NCBI GenBank assembly: GCA_030390025.1 | Contig: JASTWF010000048.1 | Span: forward strand, 1,488,001-1,552,000 | Length of the DNA stretch: 64,000 bases | From: Squalus acanthias | Lineage: Eukaryota | Direction of reading: 5' to 3' | Shown here: positions 36,191-49,002 of the stretch, piece after piece | Layout of the letters: each line of letters starts with the position of its first letter | How positions within the stretch are numbered: position 1 is the first letter of the stretch | Notes under the pieces: model-generated | Database searches by the model: none | What the model was told of the DNA's origin: nothing | The model's input: only the letters and a program-made list of their open reading frames with translations | Position numbers and translations under genes: made by a program

Positions 36191-37184
36191 CCGTCCATCG
36201 GAATGAGCTATATTTGTCCATGTATGGTTCTTGCGGCTCGGTGCGGCAACTATAGACAACAGAAGGCAAATAAGATTTAACTAATTCTCTCTCAGCCGCG
36301 GTACGCTTTATAAATCTATGAATTACTTTAATTTCCTATGTTTCAACCCGCCGATTGTGTTCAAGAAATAAAACTGTAAAAGTACAATTAAGATAAAATT
36401 GATATTATTTTAATTATATTAATGTATATACGAAAGATGCTGCCTGACATGTTGAGTGTTTTGTTTTTACAACAACGATTTGTTACTGTGCAAAGAATTA
36501 CATAGTATTTGGGAATGGGACACAAAATCAAGCCTTTCGGCACAGCAGGTCCATACCGGTGTGTATGCTCCACACGAGGTGTCTCATCTCACCCTATCAA
36601 TATATCCTCAGATTCCTTTCTCCCTAAAGTGTTCATCTAGATTTCCTGATAGCTGTACCCTCTCTGTTCTGCTATCATTCCAGTAAATCTATTTTGGACA
36701 TTCTCCAGTGCCTCAATGTCATTTTATAATATGGAGAACAGAGCTTTGCACTCTAACTACTTCTCATAACGAGTTCCACTTTCTAACCACTCTCTGAGTA
36801 AAGAGGTTATTCCTGAATTCCCAGTTGAATTTATTAGCGACTATCTTGTATTGATGGTCCCTAATTTCGCGCTCCCCACAATTGCAAAGTTCCTTTCTAC
36901 GTCTACCCTCTAAAAAACTTTCATAATCTTAAACACCTCTATCAGGTCACCCCTCGACCTTTTCTTTTCTGTAGAAAAGAACAACAGTCTGTTCAGTCTT
37001 TCCTGAAAATTAAAACTCTCTCCTTTCTGAAGTCATCCTTGAAATCTTTTCCTTGCACCTTCTCCACTGCTTCTATATCCCTTTTTATAATATGGAGACC
37101 AGAAATGTGCACAGTCAACCAAACAATGGCTGTCTTTTATCCTGGGTTATCACAGCAGGAATGGAATTCCCCTTTATATCAGGG

Positions 37185-37860
37185 AACTATCTGTCCGCTG
37201 ACTGGTGTAGCATCCTCCCCTCTCCGCCAGGGAGATATCTGTACACTGACTGGTGTTTCTCAGTCTCTCACCCTCAGGGAGATATCTGTACACTGACTGT
37301 TGTCTCTCAGTCCCTCTCTCTCAGGGCGATATCTGTACACTGACTGTTGCCTCTCAGTCCCTCTCTCTCAGGGCGATATCTGTACCCTGACTGGTGTCTC
37401 TCAGTCCCTCTCTCTCAGGGCGATATCTGTACACTGACTGTTGCCTCTCAGTCCCTCTCTCTCAGGGCGATATCTGTACCCTGACTGGTGTCTCTCCGTC
37501 ACTCTCTCTCTGGGAGATATCTGTACACTGATTGGTATCTCAGCCCCTCTCTCTCAGGGAGATATCTGTACACTGACTGGTGTCTCTCAGTCCCTCCCCC
37601 TCATGGGGTTATCTGTAAACTGACTGGTGTCTCTCAGAACCCTCTCCCTCAGGGAGATATCTGTACACTGACTGGTGTCTCTCAGACCCTTTCTCTCAGC
37701 GAGCTACCTGTACACTGACTGGTGTCCCTCAGTCCCTCTTTCTCAAGGAGATATCTGTACACTGACTGGTGTCTCTCAGCCCCTCTCTCTCAGGGAGATA
37801 TCTGTCCACTGACTGGTGTCTCTCAGTCCCTCTCTCTCAGGGAGATATCTGCACTCTCTT
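37185..37860. repeat. 47-bp minisatellite (GGGAGATATCTGTACACTGACTGGTGTCTCTCAGTCCCTCTCTCTCA)n
   Basis: Period 47 (units at 37324, 37371, 37418, 37465). Confidence 0.93.
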
Positions 37861-38409
37861 TGTTGTCTCTCTTTTCTGAAAGGTAAAATCTCTCAATTTT
37901 GGTATCATTCATATGAAGAAATGTTTGCTCCTTCTCCATGTACCTAGATATACTTTTTATAATATGGAGAACAGAACTGTTCGGGATGGCACATGGTGTG
38001 GTGCTCTTTTGTCACTTGGAATTCAACAGAAGAGGATTGAATGTGAATTGGACTTCATTGATTAGATCTTAATTGTTCTCCGCATATATTTCCGATTTTA
38101 CAGTAAAGATTGCTAGCCGCAATTCTGACGAGCAACCTGCTGCAGTTGCAGAAGTGCTCCCATTGGCTGTTATTGCTGCATCTTGTTTTCTACGTTGGAA
38201 TGGCATGANNNNNNNNNNNNNNNNNNNNNNNNNNNNNNNNNNNNNNNNNNNNNNNNNNNNNNNNNNNNNNNNNNNNNNNNNNNNNNNNNNNNNNNNNNNN
38301 NNNNNNNNNNNNNNNNNNNNNNNNNNNNNNNNNNNNNNNNNNNNNNNNNNNNNNNNNNNNNNNNNNNNNNNNNNNNNNNNNNNNNNNNNNNNNNNNNNGC
38401 CTGTCACTT

Positions 38410-39430
38410 CCCCATGACGTCTCAAAGCGCTTCACTGCAAATTATTTATTTTTGAAGTGTGGTCGTTATTGTAAAGCAAGAAATGCGGCAGCCAATGTGT
38501 GCACAGCAAGCTCCCAATAACGGAAGTGGAATAAGTGACGACAAATACTGTATTGGTGATGATGGTTGAGGGATAAACATTGGCCAGGAGTCCAGGGAGA
38601 ACTGCTCTGCTCTTTGAAATATTGCCAGGGTATATTTAACGTTCACATAAGAGGGCAGAAGGGGACTCAGTTTAGCGTGTCATCCGAAAGACGGCACTTC
38701 CGACATTGCAGCTCTCCCTCAGTCCTTAACCTCCGACAGTGCAGCGCTCCCTCAGTACTACCCCACCGACAGTGCAGAGATCCCTCAATACTCCCCCTCC
38801 GACAATGCAGCACTCACTTAGTACTACCCCTGCGACAGTGCAGAGCTCTTTCAATACTGCCCCTCCGACAGTGCAGCGCTCCCTCAGTACTGCCCTTCCG
38901 ACAGTTCAGTGCTCCATCAGTACTGCCCCTCCGACAGTGCGGCGCTTCCTCAGGACTGAGCATGCGACCGTGCAGCGCTCCCTCAGTACTGTCGCTCCGA
39001 CATTGCAGTATTCCCTCTGTACTGCCCCTCCAGAAGTGCAGTACACCCGCAGTACTGCCCCTCGGACAATGCAGCGCTCACTTCTTCCAGCCCCTCCGAT
39101 AGTGCAAAGCTCCCTCATTACTGGCCCTTCGACAGTGCTGCTTTCCTTCAGTACTGCGTCTCCCCCACTACAGCACTTCCTCAGTACTGCTCCCTCCGTC
39201 AGTACAGCACTCCTTCAGTACTGCTCACACAGTGCAGCAGTCCCTCAGTAATGACCCCTCCCACAGTGCTGCACACCCTCAGTACTGCCCCTCCGACAGT
39301 GCAGCGCTCGCTCGGTACTGCCCCTCCGACAGTGCAACACTCCGTCCGTACTGCCCCTCCGAAAGTGCAACGATCCCTCAGCACTGGCCTTGTGAGAGTG
39401 CAGCGTACCCTCATTACTGCCCCTCCAGCA
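38410..39430 (-). mobile_element. Deu-type SINE (SacSINE1-like) with expanded 33-bp internal repeat
   Basis: Deu core (reverse of gggagcttgctgtgcacacattggctgccgc) plus about 22 copies of ctccgacagtgcagcgctccctcagtactgccc. Confidence 0.75.
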
Positions 39431-39894
39431 CTGCCGTGGAAACCCCCGGTCCCAGCACCACCCTCCCTCAAATCTGTTTGACAGCTCTACCCGCGCACAA
39501 TCTGATTGACACCTTTGGCTCTCTGAGTCTGATTGAAAGTCCCGCTCCCCGCACAGCCTGATTGACATCTTCGGATTTCTCAGCGTCTGATTGACAGCCC
39601 CGGCCCTTCACAGCTTGTTTGAAAGCCCCATCCAATGAGCGAGAAATGAATAGAAAGATATGCTGATAGGGTGAGTTGGAGTCAGGTGGGAGAATGCTTG
39701 CGTGGCGCATAAACACCGGCAATGACCAGTTGGGCCGAGTGACCTGCTTCTGTGCTGTAAATTATATATAATTCTAAGTATTCTGGAATTTAATCTAATG
39801 CAGCGGCGTTATACAAGTGCAAGTTATTGTTCTTGCATTAGGCAGCGGTTCCAAATCCATGATTGTATCTTAAGGTTTCGGATACATCAGTTGT

Positions 39895-40430
39895 TTAACA
39901 ACAACAGCAACTTGTATTCATATAGAGCCATTAACTTCGTAAAGCCTCCCAAGGCGCTTCCCAGGAGTGTTATAAGACAGTAATTTGACACCGGGCTACA
40001 TAAAGTGAAATTAGGGCAGGTGACCAAAAGCTTGGGTGATGAGGTAGGTTTTAAGGAGCATCTTAAAGGAGGATAGAGTGGTCGAGAAGCGAGAGGTTTA
40101 GACAGGGAAGACCAGAGCTTAGGGCCCAGTCCAACAGAAAGCATGGCCACCAATGGTTGAGCGATTATAATCAAGGATGATCAAGAGGGCAGCATTAGAG
40201 GAGCGCAGATATCTCGCGGGCTTGTCGGGCTGGAGGAGATTGCAGAGATAGGAACGGGGCGAGGCCATGGAGGGATTTGATAACAAGGATGAGAATTATA
40301 AAATCGAGGCGTTGCTTAACCGGGAACCAATGCACGTCAAAGAGCACAGGGGAGATGAGTGAACAGGACTTGGAGCGAGTCAGAAACACGGGGCAGCCGA
40401 GTTTTGGATGATTTCAAGTTTACGTTGAGG
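39895..40430 (-). mobile_element. L2 LINE 3' fragment
   Basis: ISPVLFDVHWFPVKQRLDFIIL and GPKLWSSL. Confidence 0.82.
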
Positions 40431-40501
40431 CCAGCCAAGAGAGCTTTGATGGAATGATTGCATGACGACCTACTCATCAGATGCTTTCTTTAATTGCACA
40501 A

Positions 40502-40519
40502 GAGCTCCCTCTGCTGGCG
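40502..40519 (-). promoter_or_regulatory. CTCF-like site 3' of V10
   Basis: CGCCAGCAGAGGGAGCTC. Confidence 0.6.
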
Positions 40520-40919
40520 ATGAATTCACACAGCTAAAATTCTGAACATTCTAATCTTCGCCCACAAAGAGCAATAAAGTGAATGGCCAGATCATCAGCT
40601 TATCAGTAGAGCAGTTATTATTATTGTCCACGTTTTGTTTCCCTGAGGGCATGCAAAGTCAACCTTGCAGTGGGGGAATAGTTTCATCCGTGCCTTTATT
40701 ACCTCCAGGCTCGACGATTCCAATGCTATTCCTGCTCGACCTCTCACCTTGCAGTAACCCTTAACACGAGCTACAACAAAATTATTTTTCTAAGTTAAAG
40801 GCGTTACATAAATGTAGTTTACTGTTGATGTTGTTTTTTGGCGATGCAGGTTCATTTCCCTGAAAGACAGTAGTGAACATGTGATTTATGTAAACAGCAA
40901 TCGGGGATCTAGCTCTAAA

Positions 40920-41690
40920 ATCACCATACGTTTTTCGCAGTAACTTGCCTTTTAGACAGATGTTTGTGGGTTCGAGCCCTACTCCAGAGACTTGAACGAA
41001 AAACGCACTGTCAGAGGGGTAGTACTGAGGCAGTGCTGCACTGTCAGAGGGGAAATACAGAGGGATTACCGCACTGTCGGAGGGGAAATACTGAGGGAGT
41101 GCCGCACTGTCGGAGGGGCAGCACTGAGGGAGTGCTAAACTGTTGGAGAGGTAGTACTGAGGGACTGCAAAACTGTCGGAGGGGCAGTACTGAGGGAGTG
41201 CTGCACTGATGCAGAGGTAGTTGTAAGGGAGCGCTGCACTGTCGGAGGGGAAATATTGAGGGAGTGCTGCACTGTCTGAGATGCAGTGAGGGAGAGCTGC
41301 ACTGTCAGAGAGGTAGTACTGAGGGAGTGCTGCATTGAAGGTGGGGCAGTACTGAGTGAGCGCTGCACTGTCAGAGGTACCATTTTGCATGTGATGATAA
41401 ACCGTGGCCTCGTCTTCTCTCTCAGGTGGATGTAAAACATCCAACGGACACTATTGGAAGAAGAGCAGTTGAGTTTTTCCTGGTGACAATGAAACAACAA
41501 TAAAACTACAGAATATCTGTTCATGATCTCATTGCAGTTTGTGGAGATCTTCCTGTGGGAAAATTGGCGTCCCCGTTTCCTCAGATTACAACAGTGACCA
41601 CACTTTAAAAAACCTGCTTCATTGGCTGGGAAGCGCTTCGTGAAGCCCTGAGGTGGTAAAACGCGCTGTAGAAATGCAAGTTCTTTCGTT
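40920..41690 (+). mobile_element. Deu-type SINE with 33-bp repeat array
   Basis: B box GGGTTCGAGCCC at about 40968, 33-mer array at 41005-41375, Deu core and tail; ends just beyond the V10 nonamer. Confidence 0.75.
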
Positions 41691-41715
41691 CCTTCTTCAC
41701 GCTTCGAGCCGGCGG

Positions 41716-41754
41716 GGTTTTTGACAGGGCGCTCAACCAGTCTGCAACGCTGTG
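41716..41754 (-). other. 23-RSS of V10
   Basis: CACAGCG, 23 nt, TCAAAAACC. Confidence 0.9.
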
Positions 41755-42057
41755 CGTCACTCGTCGCACAGTAATAGACCGCCGTGTCTGCAGGTGCGGC
41801 CCTGGGGAGCTTCAGATCAGAGTTTCTATCACCGTTTCCTGAAATTTCAAAACGGGTTTCATCCTTCTCTTCGTAATGAACCGTTCCACCTACTTGAATG
41901 TATCCGATCAACGTGAGACCCTGGCCAGCCGATAGGCGGTACCAGAGCATGAATTGAGGTGTCGAATCCTGCTCATAGCAATTGATTGTTGCAAGTTTGT
42001 CTTCTGCAATCACAAGCCTAAGTGGACTTTGAAGAGGCCTCAATGCGTGTGTTAAAT
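41755..42057 (-). CDS. TRBV: TCR beta V segment V10, V exon, apparently functional
   Basis: DLTHALRPLQSPLRLVIAEDKLATINCYEQDSTPQFMLWYRLSAGQGLTLIGYIQVGGTVHYEEKDETRFEISGNGDRNSDLKLPRAAPADTAVYYCATSD. Confidence 0.92.
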
Positions 42058-42484
42058 CTAAAAACAAAACAAATTAAGAGGATTCATTAAATCCAACAGC
42101 ACAGAATGAGGCCATTCGGCCCATCGTACCTGTGGCGGATCTTTGGCAGATCTATCCAATTAATCCCACCCTCCGCCTCTTTCCCCATAGCCCTGCAATG
42201 TCCTCCCCTTTAACAAATTCAATTTCGAAATAATAATAAATAATGAATCTGCTTCTAACGCCCTTTTTGGCAGTGGATTCCAGCTCGTCATAACTCGCTG
42301 CATAACAAAAAAAAAATTTCTCCTCATCTCCCCTCTGGTTCTTTTGTCAATTATCTTAAATCGATACCCGAATTTAGATTGTAAAATCGAGTGGGTCCGC
42401 GACTAAAGCAAGTCAGTTGCGTGTGTATTATTTCCCAACAACATTTTATAAACATATGTCATTATCATCCTACTTCACAATACG

Positions 42485-42945
42485 TCCCGCTCGCATATCA
42501 CCCCTGCAGCACAGACTCGCTGACCTACATTGGTTCCTGCTGCGGCAGCGCCTCGATTATAAAATTCTGATCCTTTGTGTTCAAATCCCGACGTGGCCTC
42601 TCGCCCCTTCCCTGTCTTTATAGCCTCCTCCAGCCCTACAAGCCCCGAGAGCGCTGCACTCCTCCAATTCTAGCCTCTCGTGCATCCCCTCCTCCCTTTG
42701 CCTCAACCATTGGCCGCCGTGCCTCCAGCGGCCAATACCCCAAGCTTTAGAATTCCCTCCCCAAACATCTCCAACGCTCTACCTCTCTATTCTCCTTTCA
42801 GCTGCTATTTAAAACGTACCTTTTTTCCGTCATAATAGCTCCTTATGTGGCTTGGATCAAATTTTGGCTGAATTATTCTCCTGCGAAGCACCATGATACA
42901 TTTTACTATGGTAAAGACGCTATTTAAATTAAACCTGTTGTTATT
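42485..42945 (+). mobile_element. L2 LINE 3' fragment
   Basis: LADLHWFLLRQRLDYKIL. Confidence 0.75.
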
Positions 42946-43286
42946 ATACAAATGTCCGAAGCAAAACCACACTTGCAGATGATTTCTAGTGAACCTGTTT
43001 CTATATTGTTCCTAAATAAACAATTGATCCCCAATTCATAATTTAACCAAGTAAATATTAAACAGTGGGTTAGAAATTCGACGGGCGAAAGCGCAAAACG
43101 GGCGCTAATCTATGGGCCGCCCGTTATTCGCTTTGCGCCTGATATTCAACTTCGTTAATGGGGTATAGCCCAAGACGAGTTTGTACCCATTCTGCCGCAT
43201 ATCTAACACTGCCAGTTTAGATAAATCTACTGTCTAATGGAAAGCATCGCTCTAAAAAACATATTTTTTGAATGCAGGATACTTAC

Positions 43287-43332
43287 CCGTCAGGAAAAGA
43301 GGAAAAGTAAATAAAATTAAACCTATTTGCAT
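43287..43332 (-). CDS. Leader exon of V10 (MQIGLILFTFPLFLT)
   Basis: 46 bp, G|GTAAGT donor, ETS-CRE motif about 110 bp upstream. Confidence 0.87.
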
Positions 43333-43440
43333 AATTGGTTCGAAGTGGCCGAATGGATTGCTGCAATGATCGTATTCTCAAAACAAGTGCCTCCGATTCT
43401 GACTGACCGGCCGTCGAGGTGCGCACCCGAAACCGAGCTC

Positions 43441-43460
43441 CCGGAAGTGACATCATTTCC
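43441..43460 (+). promoter_or_regulatory. ETS+CRE/decamer motif upstream of V10
   Basis: CCGGAAGTGACATCATTTCC, containing AGTGACATCA flanked by two inverted GGAA cores. Confidence 0.75.
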
Positions 43461-45189
43461 CAGACGACGCAGCCACGTTCAAGTTATATCTACGGTGCAG
43501 AATGTAGGTTAGTGCATGCGTGTTCTCCTGCTATTTCAAAACATACCGAAATTCGTCTTGGTTCGTGGCCCAAAATAGTAGGTATATAAGAATTAGTCTA
43601 TAACAACAACAACACCAACACCCGTCTACATAGCGCCTTTGACGTCGTAAAGCGTCCCAATGCGCTTCACAGGAGCGATTATAAAACTCCAAGAGCAATG
43701 CCGTGAAGCGACGGCTAGAGCAAGTCGGCTAATGGGCTGTATCCATAGCGCAACTGATTATAGGAAGATCCATACTCATCCATTAGTCAGGACGCACTTG
43801 AATACTGTGTCCCGTTTTAGTCTCCTCACATGGTAGGTGATATTGAGGCTTTGGAAAGGGTGCGGAGGAGAGTCTCTGGACTAATTCCCAGGTTAAAGCA
43901 TCTTAGTTAACAAGATAGGCTACAAGAGTTGGGACTCTATACTTTAGAGAAGCGTAGACTCAAAGGTGATTTGATTGAGGTTTATAAGAAAATGAAGGGA
44001 ATAGATTGTGTTCCATATGAGAGTTTGTTTCAATTAATAGGTTAGCGAGGACCAGTGGTCACAATTTTATGTTGGAGCCGGCTATATCTAGGTCAGATAA
44101 CAGGAGCTGGTTCTTTTCCCACAGGATAGTGGACCTCTGGAATCATAGAATCATAGAAATTTACAGCACAGAAGGAGGCAATTTGGCCCGTCTTCACCGT
44201 GCCGGCCGACAAAGAGCTATCCACCCAAATGCTACTTTTCAGCACTTGGTCCATAGCCTTGTAGGTTACGGCACTTCAAGTGCATATCCATGTACTTTTG
44301 AGATCCAGAACCCCATCACCCTCTGGGTGAAAATAAATTCTCCTCAAATCCCCTCCACAACCTGCTACCGATTACTTTAAATCTATGACCCCTTGTTATC
44401 GATCCTTCTGCTAATGGAAACAGGTCCGTCCTATCCACTCTATCTAGGTACCTCATAATTGTATACACCTCAATTAGGACTCCCCTCAGCCACCTCTTTT
44501 CCAAAGAAAAGAACCCCAGCCTATCCAATGATTCCTCATAGCTAAAATTCCCCAGCCACATCCTCGTAAATATCCTCTGCACACTCTGGAGTGCAATCAC
44601 ATCCTTCCTGTAATGGAGGATAAAATAAATGGGTAAATGTGACCAAAAAAATTCAATAAACCACAGACGAATTATTAGAAGCTCTCGCAATAAAACGAAA
44701 TGCAACCAGTAATGAACGGGTGGTTATATTAGGAAGTATGCCATGAAACTTTGCAACGAGTCAGGCCACATCTGGATTACTGCCTTCCAGCTGGAGTACT
44801 GAACATCTGGTATTATACATTGGGCCGGATATTCCGATCCCTACGGGTGGTTACGCGCTGTGTACCCTCCCGGAGGGACATCGGAAATGCCGGTTTCAGG
44901 CATGCACTGCGCATGCGCTGGAAACCGATATTTCTGATCTGACAAGAAAGCTCTTGAAGGCTGACCAGAACTGCACGCAGGATTCTAGCTACGGCATAAC
45001 TAGTGTTTTATAAAGTTCAGGTGGACAAAAGTTTGATCAAAGAGGTACGTTATAAGCAGGAGAGATTGTGGGAGACGATGAAAGCGGGAATTCCAGATCT
45101 CAGGGCTTAGCCAGCTGAAAGCACCGCCGCCAATGGAACTTAACATCTGTATCCCAAAATGCAAAATGGACTGTTGCAAGTTGTGTGAC

Positions 45190-45835
45190 CCGTGGCTAAT
45201 TTGGCAGCTCTCTCGCTTCTGAATCAGAGGGTCGTGTGTTCAAGGCCCGCTCCAGGCACCTAAGAACAAATATCTCGCCTGACACTCCCAGTGAGGTATT
45301 GAGGGAGCGCTACACTATCGGAGGGGCGGTACAGAGGGAGCGCTACACTGTCGGAGGGGCAGTACCTTGGGAGCGCTGCACTGTCGGAGGGGCAGTAGTT
45401 CGGGAGCACTGCACTCTCCGAGGGACTGTACAGATGGAACATTGCACTGTCGGAGGGGTGGTTCAGAGGGAGCGCTGCACTGTCGGAGGGGCAGTACTGA
45501 GGGAGCTCTGCACTGTTGGATGGGCATTACTGTGGGAGCGCTGCACTGTCGAGGGGCAGTAGTGAGGGAGTGCTGCAGGGTCAGAGGGTCAGTACTGACG
45601 AAGTGCTGCACTGTCGGAGCCACAGGACAGGCCAATATTTATCCCTCAACCAATATCATTAAAACAGATTATCTGGTCTTTATCACATTGCTGTTTGTGG
45701 CAGGTGCTGTGCAAAGATTGGCTGCCGCGTTTTCTACAATAGAACGGTGATCAGAATTCAAAGCACGTGCTTCGATGTTTGTAAAGTGTTTTGGGACGTC
45801 CCGAAGTCGTGAAAGACGCCGTAGAATTGCAACTG
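45190..45835 (+). mobile_element. Deu-type SINE with 33-bp repeat array
   Basis: tRNA-like head, about 10 33-mers, core acagattatctggtctttatcacattgctgtttgtgg. Confidence 0.75.
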
Positions 45836-45911
45836 TGTTAGCTCCTTTAGTGAGCTGCATAGAGGGTGCTCGATCACAGGTGGCGCTAAGCGCACGGTGG
45901 GAGGGTGAGAA

Positions 45912-45950
45912 GGTTTTTGTATCAGTCTGCGGCAGCTTTGTGCCGCTGTG
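45912..45950 (-). other. 23-RSS of V11
   Basis: CACAGCG, 23 nt, ACAAAAACC. Confidence 0.93.
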
Positions 45951-46247
45951 CGATACTCGCCGCACAGTAATAGGTCGCAGAGTCTGTCAGCTCGGAGCCT
46001 TCCAGCTGCAGACTGAACTGGTTCTTTGCTAGGTCGAGTTTCACTTTGAATCGATTCTCGAAAACCGGCTCGCAGCTGCCGAACTCATTGCAAATCCACT
46101 GTATTGCCTCTCCCACTTGCCTCCACCAGTGCATGGAGTGGCTGCCCATGCTCGCTCCCTCCAAACTGCACATGAAAGTGAACGGCTTTCCCTGGGGAAT
46201 AGCGGCCGCGGATGGAGACTGGATCACAGTGGGTGCAGCCCGAACCC
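45951..46247 (-). CDS. TRBV: VH-like TCR V segment V11, V exon, apparently functional
   Basis: VRAAPTVIQSPSAAAIPQGKPFTFMCSLEGASMGSHSMHWWRQVGEAIQWICNEFGSCEPVFENRFKVKLDLAKNQFSLQLEGSELTDSATYYCAASI. A V segment is certain; TRBV is inferred from context. Confidence 0.88.
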
Positions 46248-46541
46248 CTGGATTAGGTTTAAACAAAGAAAATATGTTAGAATCATAGAAGGAAGATCGT
46301 AGCATAAAATCGTCGAATCTTACTGCACAGAAGCAAAAAGCAGACCATTCCGCTTCTTTAATAGAGCCCTCCAGTTATTCCCACTTCCCTACAGCCCTTC
46401 AAATACCCCCACACACCCCAGCACTCAAGTATTGATCCAATTCCATTTTGGAATTTATCATTGAATCTATTTCCACTCGTATATCAATGCAATTTCTTTC
46501 TTTTACTGTTTGCAATTGATATGTCAATGCATTTTACTTAC

Positions 46542-46605
46542 AACAGATCAAATGTCCGAATGATAAGGTGACCAAGATTAAGAACATTCTCGCTGAGAAA
46601 CACAT
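46542..46605 (-). CDS. Leader exon of V11 (MCFSARMFLILVTLSFGHLIC)
   Basis: 64 bp (46 bp from the second in-frame ATG), T|GTAAGT donor, phase 1. Confidence 0.8.
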
Positions 46606-48084
46606 CGCCCTTCCCCGGGGATGACAGGCAGCGTTACTTAGCGACAACGTGTCAGCTGTACAATTGCTCTCCTCAACGGTGCTGCCACCGGTGGTGATGA
46701 ATTACGCGGGAGGACTGAGCAGCCAATCGTCTGCTTGGACCACCCATGTCAACAGTATGAACAAATGAGAAGCATTTCCTTTGATAGCATTGTTTCTGCC
46801 AAATTATGTACGTAGGTGGAAGATCGTAGCGTCAAATCGTAGCATCTTACAGCGCAGAAGGAGACCATTCGGCCCATCGTGCCTGTGCAGGGTCTTTGAA
46901 AGAGCTGGCCAATTAGGCCCACTCCCCTGCTCTTTCCGCATAGATCTAAAACATTTATGTTTGGTAATACTAGGGAAATGGGCTTGGTTATGAAATCACT
47001 CTTTCTTACTGACTTGTCTCGCCTTCTGTCTTTCCCACTTAGCATTCCTTCTTTCTTTCTTTCCTTCTTTGATTCCTTCTTTCTATTCGACGTTTCTTTA
47101 TGTCTGCTTTTCATCGGTCTTTCCTTCGTTCTGTCCCTTCCATTCTCTCTGTTGCATGTAGTCAGCTCCGATCTCATACTATGATGGCCTTGAAGTTACA
47201 GCACCCTTTCGCGCCATACCTTGAACGCGACAGGGACGTGCAGGAGAGTGTATAACATCACAGAGTGTTAGTATAGTACAGTACAGGAGGAGGCCGTTCG
47301 TAATATTGACTATGCGCCGGTTCCTACGAATGGCACTCCCCCGCTCTGTCCCCGTCATCCTGCAATGTTTTCTCCTACAAGGATTTATCCAACTCCCTTT
47401 CGAAAGCTACCATTGCATCTTTATCCACCACACAATCAGGCTGTGTATTCTAAATACTGAGCACACGTTTCGTAAAAAAGATATTCCTCATGTCGCCTCC
47501 GGTTGTTTGGCCAATCACCTTAGATCTGTGCCCTCTGGTTATCGACCCTTCAGCTTTTGGAAACAATTTCTCCCGATTTACACTTCTAAAATTCTTCATG
47601 ATTTTAAACACCTCTGTCAAACCTCCTCTCGGCCTTCTCGCCTCCAAGGAGAACAACAACAGCGTACCCAGGCTATCCACGTAACCGGAACCCGGGAACC
47701 ATTCTTGTCAATCTCTTCTGTGCCCTCTGCAAAGTATTCACGTTTTTCCTAAAGTGTTGTGACCAGAATTGTGCATAATACTCCACATGGGGCCGAACTG
47801 TTGTTGTATATGGGGTTAGCCTAACTTGAAGGCTTTTGTACTATATGACTCTATTTATAAAGCCCAGGATACCATCTGCCTTATTAACTGCTTTGTTAAC
47901 TGGCATGTTCTGTCCTGTCTCCTTCAAAGATTTGTCCCAAAACACCTCCAGGTCTATATCTCCTTGCACCCCCTTTAAATTTATATTATTCAGCAGGTAT
48001 TTAGCATGTAATATAACGGTAAAAAATGCTTCACAATACTGACATCAGTATTAATGTCTTTGTAATATGAGAATGTATCCTAAC

Positions 48085-48735
48085 ATACGTACAAACATCC
48101 GAATTAGGAGCAGGAGTAGGCCACTCGGCCCGTCGAGCCTGCTCCGCCATTCAATAAGATCATTGCTGATCCGATTACTCCACGTTCCCGCCTACCCCGA
48201 TATCTTTTCACCCCCTTTCTTAACAAGAATCTATCTACCTCTGCCTTAAAAATATTTAAAGACTCTGCTTCCACCGCCCTCTGAGGAAGAGAATTCCAAA
48301 GACTCACGACCTTCTGTGAGAAAAAAATGCTCCTCATCTCTGTCTTATGTGGGCGACCCCTTATTTTTAAACATTGACGCCTAGTTCTAGCTTCTCCCAC
48401 AAGAGGAAACATCCTCTCCACATCCCTTAGCATCTTATATGTTTCAATCAAGTCACCTTTTACTCTTCTAAACTCCAGCTGATAGAAGCCTAGCTTGTTC
48501 AAACTTTCCTCCTAAGACAACCCGCCCATTCCAAGTATTAGTCTTGTAAAACTTCTCTGAACTGCTTCCAGCGCATTTACACCCTTCCTTTAATAAGGAG
48601 ACCAATACTGTACACAGTACTACAGATGTGGTCTCACCAATGCCCTGTATAACTGAAGCATAACCTCCCTACATTTGTATTCAATTACCCTCACAATAAA
48701 CGATCACATTCTATTAGCTTTCCTAATTACTGTGT
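48085..48735 (-). mobile_element. CR1 LINE 3' fragment
   Basis: LEFRRVKGDLIETYKML..FSQKVVSLWNSLP. Confidence 0.88.
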
Positions 48736-48987
48736 GCTAGAGGCTGACAGATTAGTTTCGGACTTTAGGATTCCACAGTCCAAAGCTAAGCAAGCAGGAG
48801 GCATCACGTATGACACTACAGAAGAATCAATGTATTTGTGTAAAGAATTATAGCCAAGTTTGGAGAGAGCATGTTTACATTTCAACTGTTAGTTACCTGG
48901 TCAAATTTGATACGTATAACATTTTGCTAAATTATCTCATCTTCCATTGAAAAATCCAGTGAGACTGGAATAGACGTAGTGCAACCT

Positions 48988-49002
48988 CGCCATCTACTGG
49001 CG
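48988..49002 (-). promoter_or_regulatory. CTCF-like site
   Basis: CGCCAGTAGATGGCG. Confidence 0.55.

Noticed and set aside
38401-38421. ETS/CRE-like motif next to a gap as a hidden V promoter
   Set aside because: It overlaps the 3' end of a Deu-type SINE, which normally contains GACGTC.
39225-39270. CACAGTG heptamers in the 33-mer array as D or J RSS
   Set aside because: No nonamer at 12 or 23 bp; they are single-base variants of the repeat's GACAGTG.
41135-41754. C-terminal extension of the 310-aa V10 ORF
   Set aside because: Germline read-through across the RSS into an antisense SINE; it is removed on rearrangement.
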